A stretch of DNA of 64,000 bases, taken from assembly GCA_963713825.1 (NCBI GenBank), contig CAVQNG010000001.1, positions 128,001 to 192,000 of the forward strand, given 5' to 3'. Positions 9,421 through 18,161 of this stretch are shown here, one piece after another (positions within the stretch are counted from its first letter, which is position 1; the number at the start of each line of letters is the position of its first letter). Both the position numbers and the translations under genes were made by a program. Below the pieces are notes generated by a model, which had not been told where the DNA came from, did no database searches, and worked only from the letters and a program-made list of their open reading frames with translations. This stretch comes from an uncultured Acidobacteriota bacterium. GTDB lineage: Bacteria > Acidobacteriota > Thermoanaerobaculia > Multivoradales > JAHEKO01.

Positions 9421-9469
9421 CCACACTGCGCTGCCGCATGAAGAAGCTCGGAATCCAACGACCCGGACG

Positions 9470-10705
9470 CTAGGTGGAGCTCGCTTCATGCTGACGGCGC
9501 AGAGGCTGGAACTTCAAATAGGTCAGGCTGCGCCACAACCATTCAGCTGGCCCGAACCTGAATCTGCCCAACCACCAGGTGCAGAACATCAGCAGTGTCA
9601 CAAAGAAAAGAACGGCATAGAAGGTGGTGGCGGCCGGCCCCAACAGGAAAAGCTGACCAAAACCCCATCCGTAGAACAGCGTGGTGAACATCACCGTGCT
9701 GAACAGATAAACCGTCAGGGCCATTCTCCCCAGGTTCTCGAAGGGCCGAAGAGCGGTTTGCCAGCCCGGCCTTTGCGCCAGTAAGACGATCCCCGCGCCA
9801 TAACCCAGCGCCAGCGCCGTCGAGCCATAGGCAAAGAGCATGTCGCCAAGAAACCGGACCCCGCTCGATGCCGTGGTCTCGGTAAAGACTGCGTAGCCAA
9901 ATTTCTGGATCAGCCACCACTCAGCGAGTGCGCTGGCTACCCCGATGCCAATACCCCAGCCAAACACTCTGCGGATCAACGGGAGATGGGGCGCGACGTC
10001 GTAGAGAATCCTGGTCCGGCCCACGAACAGGCCAAGCAGGAACATCGAGAAGATTGCAAGACTCGATTCGGGGTCGTGCAGGTTTGACCAGATCCGTGGC
10101 GGAATGGCGAAAGCATTTTCCCGGAAGACATCCATAGGGGAACCCAGGAAAGGATGATCCACCCTCAGTTCGGCCAACGGAAGCGAATCTTCCCACTGGG
10201 CATCCAGGTCATCGCTGCTTTCTGTGTGAACCAGATTACCCACCGGGAAAGCTGCGAGGAGAAGACAGGCCAGAATCAGGAGCGTACGGGGCCGGACATT
10301 GCGGAACGCCACGAGTATCAGCCCCAGCATGGCGTATTCCATCAAGATGTCGCCGTCGAAAAACAGGGCGTGCACCATCCCAAAGACGAACAGGATGGTC
10401 AGTCGTCTGAAGTAGAACCACAAAGACCCGCCCTCGTGTGACATCGCCTTGGCCAACTGCAGTGCGAAGCCCAAACCAAACAACAGGGAGAACAGGCGCC
10501 AGGATTTGGTTTCGAAGAACGCATGCATCCATGTACTGAAGGCGCGATCGAGAGTGCCAGTCCACTCGGGAGCATCAGCCCCGAAGTTGTACATATTGAC
10601 GAGCAACACCCCGAAAAGAGCAAATCCACGGACTGCGTCAACGGAACGGATGCGAGCCCCCGGATCGGTTGGGCCGACTCGTTCTGAACCTGGCATGCGA
10701 GCCAT
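9470..10705 (-). CDS. DUF418/YeiB family membrane protein
   Basis: RIRSVDAVRGFALFGVLLVN, FSLLFG, GDILMEYA, GRMALTVY, FRFGPAEWLWRSLTY. Confidence 0.88.
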   Translation of the reverse strand: MARMPGSERVGPTDPGARIRSVDAVRGFALFGVLLVNMYNFGADAPEWTGTLDRAFSTWMHAFFETKSWRLFSLLFGLGFALQLAKAMSHEGGSLWFYFRRLTILFVFGMVHALFFDGDILMEYAMLGLILVAFRNVRPRTLLILACLLLAAFPVGNLVHTESSDDLDAQWEDSLPLAELRVDHPFLGSPMDVFRENAFAIPPRIWSNLHDPESSLAIFSMFLLGLFVGRTRILYDVAPHLPLIRRVFGWGIGIGVASALAEWWLIQKFGYAVFTETTASSGVRFLGDMLFAYGSTALALGYGAGIVLLAQRPGWQTALRPFENLGRMALTVYLFSTVMFTTLFYGWGFGQLFLLGPAATTFYAVLFFVTLLMFCTWWLGRFRFGPAEWLWRSLTYLKFQPLRRQHEASST

Positions 10706-10789
10706 TCTCTGCTTCTATGACCGGCAGATCAATCCTGGCAGGCGGGAAGACCAACACTCCAGGTGGATCAGTTTTTGAGGCTCGACCAC

Positions 10790-11156
10790 CGGCCGGGTAG
10801 ACCGCGAATTGATCCAGAGCTCTTGAGACTCATCCGTCGGATGGCCACTACAAACCCACTTTGGGGAGCGCCGCGGATCCACGGCGAGTTGCTCAAGCTT
10901 GGGATCGAAGTCTCTGAGCGCACTGTCTCTCGCTGGATGCCGAAGCGACCGAAGCCACCGTCCCAGACCTGGCGAGCCTTTCTGGAGAACCACCTCAAGG
11001 ACTTGGTCTCGATCGATTTCTTCACCGTTGCCTCGGCGACCTTCCAGATCCTCTTCGTCTTCGTCGTCCTCACCCACGACCGGCGGCGCGTGGCAGGCCT
11101 CCAGATCACCGAAGTGCTCATCGCTCCCCGGTCGCCTTGGCAGAATCCGTACGTCG
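10790..11156 (+). mobile_element. Internally deleted, truncated integrase-core (IS481/IS3-like) transposase remnant
   Basis: PGRPRI..LIRRMA..NPLWGAPRIHGELLKLG..VSERTV, QTWRAFL.NH, DFFTV, APRSPWQNPYV; second Asp region and catalytic Glu missing. Confidence 0.85.
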
Positions 11157-11200
11157 CGCGGCGTCAAATGGAAAACCGTACTCCTTGTTATGATGCCGCC

Positions 11201-11857
11201 ATGAAAAAACTCGTCGTGTTAGTAAGTTTGTTCGGAGCCATTAGTCTTCCTCTCGCGGCCCAGGACTCTGAGCCAACCCAGGTTCCTGAACCGACGCAGA
11301 CTCCTGATGTGATCACGGTCCCTGAGCAGACCGATGCTCCAGAACCTGCCCAAGCTCCTGGGCCCTTGAGCCCCCTGGAGAAGGCTCTCATTCAGAGTGC
11401 CTACGATGGGAAACTGGCTGAGGTCCAGGTACTGGTTGCCAAAGGCGCCTCTGTAGATTTAGCCGATAAGAAGAAACGCACGCCGCTTATTCTGGCTGCA
11501 TATAACGGTCACACATCTGTTGTCGAATTTCTCTACGGCAAGGGCGCGGATATCAACGCGAAAGACAGCGGGGGCCAAACCGCGCTGATGCACACGTGCA
11601 AACGTTCCTTTAACGAGACAGCAGCGTTCCTGCTGAAGAACGGCGCGGAGGTAAATGTCCAGAGTAGGAAAAAGGGTGTCACCGCCTTGATGATCACGGC
11701 GGTGGCGGGCAATGTGGAATTGGTGCGCATGCTGCTTGATCGCGGGGCGGATGCAAATCTCACTGATGTCTTTGGTAACACTGCCAAGATTCTGGCCGAG
11801 AAAAAGGGGAATTCGGCCGTGGTTGATTTGCTGTCTGAGCCGCCAGCAAGTGGTTGA
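11201..11857 (+). CDS. Secreted ankyrin-repeat protein with Pro/Glu/Thr-rich linker
   Basis: MKKLVVLV..LAA signal peptide; EPTQVPEPTQTP linker; about 4-5 ankyrin repeats (TPLILAA.NGH, TALM..A..GNVELVRMLLDRGAD). Confidence 0.9.
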   Translation: MKKLVVLVSLFGAISLPLAAQDSEPTQVPEPTQTPDVITVPEQTDAPEPAQAPGPLSPLEKALIQSAYDGKLAEVQVLVAKGASVDLADKKKRTPLILAAYNGHTSVVEFLYGKGADINAKDSGGQTALMHTCKRSFNETAAFLLKNGAEVNVQSRKKGVTALMITAVAGNVELVRMLLDRGADANLTDVFGNTAKILAEKKGNSAVVDLLSEPPASG

Positions 11858-12058
11858 CCGGGCGCTGGAGAACGTCACGCCCGCGGACGTCTACTACGGT
11901 CGCCACCGAACAGTGCTCCCCGAGAGGGCCAGGATCAAGCGGCTGACAACGCAGCGCAGAAAGAGTGAGTACGGGGCTGCGAAATCAGCCTAGCTCCGAA
12001 CCATGAACCGTCTCTTGGAAATCGACTCCGACTGTCCGAAATATTCGGACGACGTGCA
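11858..12058 (+). mobile_element. 3' remnant and right end of a second IS3/IS481-like element
   Basis: ALENVTPADVYYGR..L.ERARIKRLT..RR transposase C-terminus (stop at 11993), then a terminal-repeat-like tgtccgaaatattcggacgacgtgca ending in CA. Confidence 0.7.
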
Positions 12059-12068
12059 CACTTCGGGG

Positions 12069-12097
12069 TTGGTTTCACATAGCCATCCTTCTATAAA
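12069..12097 (+). promoter_or_regulatory. Candidate sigma70-type promoter for the 708-aa secreted protein
   Basis: TTGGTT-N17-TATAAA in an AT-rich intergenic region. Confidence 0.4.
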
Positions 12098-12327
12098 TGT
12101 GTACTTCTCTCAGCACTGTCGATACGATTGCCGTATCGGTAGTGCCTAGAAGATCGTTGACCGTCGGGATTCATGCCTAAGGCTTGTACCACCGACGAAA
12201 AGTAGCGAGTACTTTCTTGGTTTTAAGAGGATCTATAGACGCAAAGAGATACTTCCTCTCTTCAAGGAATCGAATGAAGGTTTCGTTAAACCCCTCAACT
12301 CAAATTGCGAGGTAACAACCATGTGCG

Positions 12328-14454
12328 ATGACCGTGCGAAACGATGCGTGCTGGCAGTCCCTCCTCTGGAAAATTTCGGGTGCCTTGTTGATCACGCTGC
12401 TTTGCAGCCCCGTCTATGCTCAGCCGGCGAATGACGACTGTGAGAGTGCCGCCGTCCTGCCAGGCTCAGCTCCATTCCCCCCCTATACAGTCCGTGTTGA
12501 CGCTACCAATGCCACACTCGACCCCGCCGATCCCCTGCTCAGCTGCAACGCCGGCGGGGATGATGACGGCAACCAAACCGTTTGGTATGTCTACACACCA
12601 GATGCCAGCGGATGGGTCGACTTCAATACCTTTGGCAGCACGACAGCTGGGGGCGGTGAACTGGACACTGCGCACGGCGCATTTGCCGGAACCTGCGATG
12701 CCCTAACTCAAGTCGCCTGCGTAGACCAGGGTCTCAATGACAGCCTGGATGTCGAAGTGGAAGCAGGGACCACCTACTACATCAAGGTTGGTCAATTTGC
12801 TGGTGGCAACGATGCCGGAACTGTCGTGATGAATGTTGAAGAGGGTGTCCCGCCGATTGAGCCGGCTAGACTGGTTATCGAATCCTCGAACAATGGCACC
12901 TCCGCCCCGGTGAGAGATATTGTTGGTGGGTCTGCACCTATTTCAATTTCCGCGGCTCAAGCGGAGAACATGATCGAAAAACTTGTCGAGATTCCGAATT
13001 ACGTGCTTGCTGACGGCGAGTCTTCGAAACCCGATGCGGGACCTGTCGGGTCACAGGTCGCAGGCAATGGTGAAGTCAGATGGAACGGTCCGGCAGATCT
13101 TCTGCAAGTTTTCGAAGGCGGAGAAAACGATGACAACGCCTTTACCTTTGGTTTTCTCATAGCTCCGCCCGACACGGTAGGCGACGTCGGTAGAGACCAT
13201 TACGTACAGATGTACAATCTGCTGACGGAGATCTTCGACAAGGAGGGCAATAGCGTTCTCGGACCGTTTCCGACCTCCACCTTCTTTACCGGAATGTCTG
13301 GAAATTGCGCAATCAGTGACGATGGAGACCCGATCGTCCTCTATGACGAGGAAACGGACCGTTGGCTGGTGTCACAGTTCCTGGCTTCCTTCCAGGATGG
13401 CCTCTGCATAGCCATTTCGACCAGCGGCGACCCGACCGGCAGTTACAACCAGTATGAGTTTGACTTCACCGGTATCGGGTTTCCCGATTATCCGAAGTTT
13501 GGCTTCGCAACCGGTGCCATCAACGTGATGGTCAACCTGTTCTCCCCCTTCCAGGGCTCTGCGCTGGGCGCGATCGACAAGTCCGAGATGTTGGCTGGAG
13601 AACCGGCAACGATGGTGCTCTTCACCGGAGGCGAAGACGCTAATTATGCATTTGGCTGGGTTCCTGGTGACAACGATGGTCCGGTTTTCGACAACACGCT
13701 GCCGACTTTCTTCACCACTCTCGGAGGTTCCGGCGATACCATCTTCGTCGCGGAAATTACGCCTGACTGGGCCACTCCGGAGAATACTGGGCTCGGCTTT
13801 GACTTTATCCCGGTTACGCCATGGGACAGCACGCTCTGTGGTGCTTCGCGCGGTGCTTGTATTGATCAGCCGGGTTCGGGTACGGAGAACATTCCCTTCC
13901 TGGAAGGTATTACCGACCGCCTGATGCACCGCGGGCAGACCCGTGATTTCGGTAGGCGCAAGAAAGCCATCCTCAGCCATACGGTGGATGTGGACGGCAC
14001 GGGCAAAGCGGGTGTGCGCTGGTATGAGCTCTGGAACCACAAGGACCGAGGCTGGACGCTGAAGAAGGAAAACACCTTCTCACCCGACGGTGACCACCGC
14101 TGGATGGGTAGTATTGCGATGACCGCCTCTGGTAGTACTTGCCTGGGATATAGCATCTCAAGTCAAACTACCTACCCGAGTATTGGCATTACCGGCCGCA
14201 AAGGCACGTCGAACCACATGAATATTTTTGAATTGGTGGCTTTCGATGGCAACGTTGCTGGGAACGTGCAGCGGTCAACGGCGAGATGGGGTGATTACAG
14301 CGCCATGTCCATCGACCCGGTAGACGACAGCTGCTGGTACACCCAGGAACATGCCAAGCCAGGTTCCTTTATTGACGAGATATTCGGCTGGGGTACCCAG
14401 GTGATGCAATTCTCAGTCAGCGGTCGCGGTCGCGGTCAAGGACGCGGACGATGA
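12328..14454 (+). CDS. Large secreted protein: N-terminal PANDDC (PPC-like) module and an uncharacterised C-terminal domain, probably a beta-propeller
   Basis: Signal peptide ending VYA; PANDDC..VWYVYT..GTTYYIKVG; PPDT.GDVG..HYVQ, GDPIVLYD..DRW, FPDYPK, RWMGSIAM, RWGDYSAMSIDP. Confidence 0.75.
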   Translation: MTVRNDACWQSLLWKISGALLITLLCSPVYAQPANDDCESAAVLPGSAPFPPYTVRVDATNATLDPADPLLSCNAGGDDDGNQTVWYVYTPDASGWVDFNTFGSTTAGGGELDTAHGAFAGTCDALTQVACVDQGLNDSLDVEVEAGTTYYIKVGQFAGGNDAGTVVMNVEEGVPPIEPARLVIESSNNGTSAPVRDIVGGSAPISISAAQAENMIEKLVEIPNYVLADGESSKPDAGPVGSQVAGNGEVRWNGPADLLQVFEGGENDDNAFTFGFLIAPPDTVGDVGRDHYVQMYNLLTEIFDKEGNSVLGPFPTSTFFTGMSGNCAISDDGDPIVLYDEETDRWLVSQFLASFQDGLCIAISTSGDPTGSYNQYEFDFTGIGFPDYPKFGFATGAINVMVNLFSPFQGSALGAIDKSEMLAGEPATMVLFTGGEDANYAFGWVPGDNDGPVFDNTLPTFFTTLGGSGDTIFVAEITPDWATPENTGLGFDFIPVTPWDSTLCGASRGACIDQPGSGTENIPFLEGITDRLMHRGQTRDFGRRKKAILSHTVDVDGTGKAGVRWYELWNHKDRGWTLKKENTFSPDGDHRWMGSIAMTASGSTCLGYSISSQTTYPSIGITGRKGTSNHMNIFELVAFDGNVAGNVQRSTARWGDYSAMSIDPVDDSCWYTQEHAKPGSFIDEIFGWGTQVMQFSVSGRGRGQGRGR

Positions 14455-14524
14455 CTAGCGGGACTGTGCCGTGGGTTGCAAGGCCTGAACAGGTCTAGCC
14501 CCATGGGGCAAGAGAAGTACAATG

Positions 14525-14554
14525 GGAGGGTCTCGTTGAGGCCCTCCTTTTTTT
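14525..14554 (+). terminator. Rho-independent terminator
   Basis: GGAGGGTCTC-gtt-GAGGCCCTCC stem followed by T7. Confidence 0.85.
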
Positions 14555-14569
14555 GAGACGAGGTAAGCA

Positions 14570-14995
14570 GTGCATGGTTCAAGGCGGGCCCGTCTGCGTC
14601 AATGCTGTAAGGACTGCAACCCCATTCCGTTCCTGTTGGCGGCGATCTGCCTGGTGGGTTGTCTGCACACCGAGATGCCAGTGAATCCCCCTGATACCGG
14701 TATCAGAGGGACTGTGCTTTGGGGCCCGGTCGAGCCCGGACCGTCCAGGCTTGGACAAAGCGACGAAGCGCCGCTTCGAGCTACCTTTCTGGTACAGAGT
14801 GCCGGCCGCGAGGTGGCGCGATTCAAGTCCGACGCCAAGGGTAGCTTCGAGGTCTTGCTGCCTGCAGGCGACTACGTGATCGTCCCGGACCAATCAACGC
14901 CCATGCCCGCCCCACAGAACCAGAAGAAGTCAGTAACCGTGCCGGCGGACGGCTTTGCCGTCGTCACGCTCAGGTTCGACACCGGCATGAGGTGA
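14570..14995 (+). CDS. Putative lipoprotein with a carboxypeptidase-regulatory-like beta-sandwich domain
   Basis: Lipobox-like LVGC after a hydrophobic stretch; TGIRGTV..GP, SDAKGSFEVLLPAGDYVI, C-terminal FDTGMR. Confidence 0.65.
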   Translation: MHGSRRARLRQCCKDCNPIPFLLAAICLVGCLHTEMPVNPPDTGIRGTVLWGPVEPGPSRLGQSDEAPLRATFLVQSAGREVARFKSDAKGSFEVLLPAGDYVIVPDQSTPMPAPQNQKKSVTVPADGFAVVTLRFDTGMR

Positions 14996-15060
14996 TTGAG
15001 GCATCCCCCGACAGCTGGACCGGGTATCTGCGAGAATTCTCATAATCCGTAAGGAGGCAG

Positions 15061-15088
15061 AGAATGAGGGGCAGCTCACCCCTTTTCT
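15061..15088 (+). terminator. Possible terminator hairpin between convergent genes
   Basis: AGGGG-cagctca-CCCCT followed by TTTCT. Confidence 0.3.
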
Positions 15089-15149
15089 GATCCACCCGAT
15101 GTGCGAGTTTCGGGGGATGCCTCATGTCTGGTCCCATCGACTGCGGACT

Positions 15150-16214
15150 CTATGGTACGAACGACACAGCCGTCGGTGGATACCAGATTCGGCGCTCACG
15201 CTTACGCTGTTCATCGATTGCAGCGACCGAAGTGGAATAGGCTGTGCCCGAGACAAGCTCGGGCAGCCGAGCCTGCGTCCCGTCGATCATCGGGCTCTTC
15301 CAAGCTGCACCGTCTCGAAGTCTGTTGAGAGTGACCTCGTACATGATCTGCACCGACGAGAGACTGCGCGACGGTTGCCACGTCAAGACGTATCTACCGC
15401 GGTCGATCTGCCGAATCTCCAAGCCGGTCGGGCGCGACGGCGGAAACCACTCGGGCTCGCCCAGATAGTACGAGTAGCGACTCTCCGAGCCCCACGTATC
15501 TTCGGCGTCAACGAAAGGCACTGCGAACTGGCCCTTGACGAGGACGTGCGCAGCGTTCGTCAGATACTCCCTTGGAAAGATCCAACCGCCTGGCAAGCAG
15601 TCGGGATACTGCGGGTTTTGCCGCAGCCAGTCGAGGGTTGGTAACGCCCCGTCCGGCGTGCGCAGAATGACGCCACCCTTGAAGTAGTTGGCGTCGGCGA
15701 CTCGCCAAGTGCCGTCGAGCGACACCTCCGTTACGACGTGAACCGATGGACTGTAGGCCGATGGCAAGAAGGTGATTCTGGCATCCCATCCCGCGGCAAG
15801 ACAGAGCTGCCGGACGATCTCAGCTGTATGCCAGCAGCGTGCGTCATGCAGCTCCAGCAACTCGTGCGCTGCCGTGACAATGGTCTGCTGATCGGTTTCG
15901 AAAGGGCACTCCAGGGGATTGTGCCACGTGGCATCTTGCACGAACCGAACGATCGCTTCCAGCATTGCCTGCTTGCTGGAGCGCGTCTGCAACACGTTCG
16001 ACAGCACCTCGCGTAGGTACTCCCTCTTGGAAGTGCCCTCGAGACGGGCACGCACGAATTCAAGCTTCGTCTGGTTGTATCCGTTTGTCTCAGCCGTGAC
16101 CTGAGTAGCCGGCAGAATGAACCACGGTATCCCGTCTCTGACCCAGTCGCGCTTGAACCGCCACCCGAACTCGTACCCGCATTGTCCAGCGCTATCACTT
16201 GGCACTGTGCGCAC
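15150..16214 (-). CDS. Transglutaminase-like (Cys-His-Asp) protein with a C-terminal fibronectin type III domain
   Basis: DARCWHTA (Cys), LCLAAGWDAR, HVVTEVSLDGTWRVAD (His, Asp); PPSRPTGL..LTW..YEV..LVSGTAYSTSVAA FN3 signature; no signal peptide. Confidence 0.75.
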   Translation of the reverse strand: MRTVPSDSAGQCGYEFGWRFKRDWVRDGIPWFILPATQVTAETNGYNQTKLEFVRARLEGTSKREYLREVLSNVLQTRSSKQAMLEAIVRFVQDATWHNPLECPFETDQQTIVTAAHELLELHDARCWHTAEIVRQLCLAAGWDARITFLPSAYSPSVHVVTEVSLDGTWRVADANYFKGGVILRTPDGALPTLDWLRQNPQYPDCLPGGWIFPREYLTNAAHVLVKGQFAVPFVDAEDTWGSESRYSYYLGEPEWFPPSRPTGLEIRQIDRGRYVLTWQPSRSLSSVQIMYEVTLNRLRDGAAWKSPMIDGTQARLPELVSGTAYSTSVAAIDEQRKRERRIWYPPTAVSFVP

Positions 16215-16247
16215 CCTCGAAAGCCAACCGCTCTCGGAGCCGATCTT

Positions 16248-16451
16248 CTAGTCGGCCTTCGCTTTCCCTTCCCCCTGCCCCATGCTGCCCCCCTTCATTT
16301 TCTCCAACTCACCGCGAATCACCGTGATCGCCTGCCTCATCAGCTCGCTGTCATTCGACTGGCCGCTCGCGTTGAGATACTCCGCAAACTCCGACAGATC
16401 AGCGACTGTGCTCTCCATCAGTTCCACTTTCTTTGGATTGAATCCACCCAT
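16248..16451 (-). CDS. 67-aa small protein; candidate RiPP precursor with double-glycine motif
   Basis: Strong AAAGGAG RBS 5 nt before ATG; starts 15 nt after the radical SAM stop codon; ELEKMKGG followed by SMGQGEGKAKAD. Confidence 0.65.
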   Translation of the reverse strand: MGGFNPKKVELMESTVADLSEFAEYLNASGQSNDSELMRQAITVIRGELEKMKGGSMGQGEGKAKAD

Positions 16452-16466
16452 GGCAACTCCTTTCCG

Positions 16467-18053
16467 TTAAGTGATGTTCTCCGCATACCGATAGCTCGGC
16501 ACGAGGTTCCTGATCTCGTTCATGTCCTCCTCGGCGATCGGATTCACTAACTGCTCGAAGCCCATGTTGACGCCCGGTGAGAGCCGGCTGATCGCTTCGT
16601 CCACGCTTGGAAGCTCCGATGCGCTCTTCACGAGGTCGGTCAGCTCCGTGAAGACTTCAAGTGCATATTGGAACATCTTTTGTCTTCGCGCCCTTCTGAA
16701 GGGCGCCGGAAGACTGCCCGCGCCCCACTTGAAGCCGCGAGTCCAATCCGACACAACTCCCATCCATCTCTCCATGAGACCGCTGGACACGGCATGGAGC
16801 CACGCGATCTTCGGATCCGCAAACTCGTAGTCGGGATTGAGGTAGTCGCCCTTGAGCTGTCCCTGAGCTTCAAGTTCTTCGTAGATCGGGGTCCCGGTAT
16901 AGACCGAGAGGCGACTCAGCAACTCGAAGATGAGATAGGACGCGTGGCGCTTGAGGAACGCGATGTTGGCCTCGATATCCTCCAGTGTGGTTTCGGGATC
17001 GAACATGATGAACCCAGCGTTGATCTCGATCCCATGCCGATGAAGCACCTGGATAGCACGTTCGTTGATCTCTGGTGTGGCGCCTTTTTGGAACCGGCGA
17101 AGAACAGCAGCAGAGGCGGACTCGATTCCTATAAGGGCGCTCTTGAGGCCCACCTCACGCAACTGATGGATGACCTCATCATTCACCTGTGCTGCAGTAA
17201 GCAAAGCAATGAGAGTCAGGTCCTGTAGGCCGCTGCCTTTAATCGCGGCGCAGAGTTGACGAATGCGTTCCGATCCCTCCTGTCCAACTGGAATAAAGCT
17301 GTCATCGGCGAAATCGAACCCATCGCATCCTTCTCGTTGGTGGAGCTCGACCATTTCAGCGACGATGTTGTCGGCGCTTCTGGCTCTCCACCCGCAACCA
17401 TAGAACGCTTGGACGCTGCAAAACGAGCAGCGATACTGGCACCCGCGACTGGAGACCATGGTGGCATAGCGAATGCCGCCATACTCCGGGGGCATGAACT
17501 GCCGCTTGGGAAAGGGTAGGGTATCCAGGTCCTGGATGAGATCGGCGCGAGGCCCGACCACGACCTCATCTTGGTGCCGGTACGTGACACCGTGCAGGCC
17601 CGCGAGCTCTTTGCCGCCGAGGACTCGAGTGGCCAGATCATGGAGGGGCTCCTCTCCTTCGCCCCGGGCGACGGAGTCGAAGCAGTCGAAATCTCGCAGC
17701 AACTTGTCGTGAGCGACGGTTGGGAAGTGGCCACCGATACAGATGTGCGTCGATGGGCTGTCGCGCCTGATGGCTCGGGCAACTTCCACGACCTCTGGAA
17801 AGCCGAGTTGGGAGGTGGCGCTGATCCCGACGAGCCGATAGGCGCTTTCTGACACTCGGCGAGCGACGTCGGCCGTCGTCGACTCTGTGCCGAGTACCAT
17901 GTCACTGACGTCGGCGCGGATGCCTCGTGATTCCAAATAGGAAGACAGGTAACCGATACCGAGATGATCGTAAGTCTTGTCCTCGGCGCGAACACCATCG
18001 AATGGCCTTACGAGCAAGACGGCCTGTCCATTGCCAGCCTGGTCGATTGGCAC
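16467..18053 (-). CDS. Cobalamin-dependent (class B) radical SAM enzyme, probable methyltransferase
   Basis: HLGIGYLSSYL, VGISA, IGGHFPT, GEGE (B12-binding domain); SRGCQYRCSFC CxxxCxxC; DDSF, IGIES, GFIMFDP; GTG start at 18053 after GGAGG preferred to the TTG at 18125. Confidence 0.92.
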   Translation of the reverse strand: MPIDQAGNGQAVLLVRPFDGVRAEDKTYDHLGIGYLSSYLESRGIRADVSDMVLGTESTTADVARRVSESAYRLVGISATSQLGFPEVVEVARAIRRDSPSTHICIGGHFPTVAHDKLLRDFDCFDSVARGEGEEPLHDLATRVLGGKELAGLHGVTYRHQDEVVVGPRADLIQDLDTLPFPKRQFMPPEYGGIRYATMVSSRGCQYRCSFCSVQAFYGCGWRARSADNIVAEMVELHQREGCDGFDFADDSFIPVGQEGSERIRQLCAAIKGSGLQDLTLIALLTAAQVNDEVIHQLREVGLKSALIGIESASAAVLRRFQKGATPEINERAIQVLHRHGIEINAGFIMFDPETTLEDIEANIAFLKRHASYLIFELLSRLSVYTGTPIYEELEAQGQLKGDYLNPDYEFADPKIAWLHAVSSGLMERWMGVVSDWTRGFKWGAGSLPAPFRRARRQKMFQYALEVFTELTDLVKSASELPSVDEAISRLSPGVNMGFEQLVNPIAEEDMNEIRNLVPSYRYAENIT

Positions 18054-18095
18054 CGATCCTCCAGGGGTCCTCCGCTGTGACTGCACTGTGGCTCG

Positions 18096-18125
18096 ATTCT
18101 TTAGGAGACATGGCGTCCACGTCAA
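18096..18125 (-). promoter_or_regulatory. Candidate promoter of the radical SAM operon
   Basis: TTGACG-N18-AAGAAT on the minus strand. Confidence 0.35.
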
Positions 18126-18161
18126 GCCCGTCGAGTCGGGCCCTACTCAACTAGGAGAAAG

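Noticed and set aside
9470-10705. DUF418 membrane protein as exporter or acyltransferase of the amidinotransferase-NRPS cluster
   Set aside because: It is separated from the cluster by a gene fragment and an unrelated secreted protein, so there is no direct evidence of linkage.
10763-11857. 364-aa ORF read as a genuine transposase-ankyrin fusion protein
   Set aside because: An internal signal peptide at 11201 has its own -10 box and the transposase part is broken, so the in-frame join is most likely incidental.
15035-15062. dif/Xer-like site (AATTCTCATAA-TCCGTA-...)
   Set aside because: Only the XerC-like half resembles the consensus; there is no TTATGTTAAAT-like XerD arm.
18054-18125. N-terminal extension of the radical SAM ORF from TTG 18125
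   Set aside because: That TTG is part of a TTGACG -35-like box and lacks an RBS; the GTG at 18053 has GGAGG.
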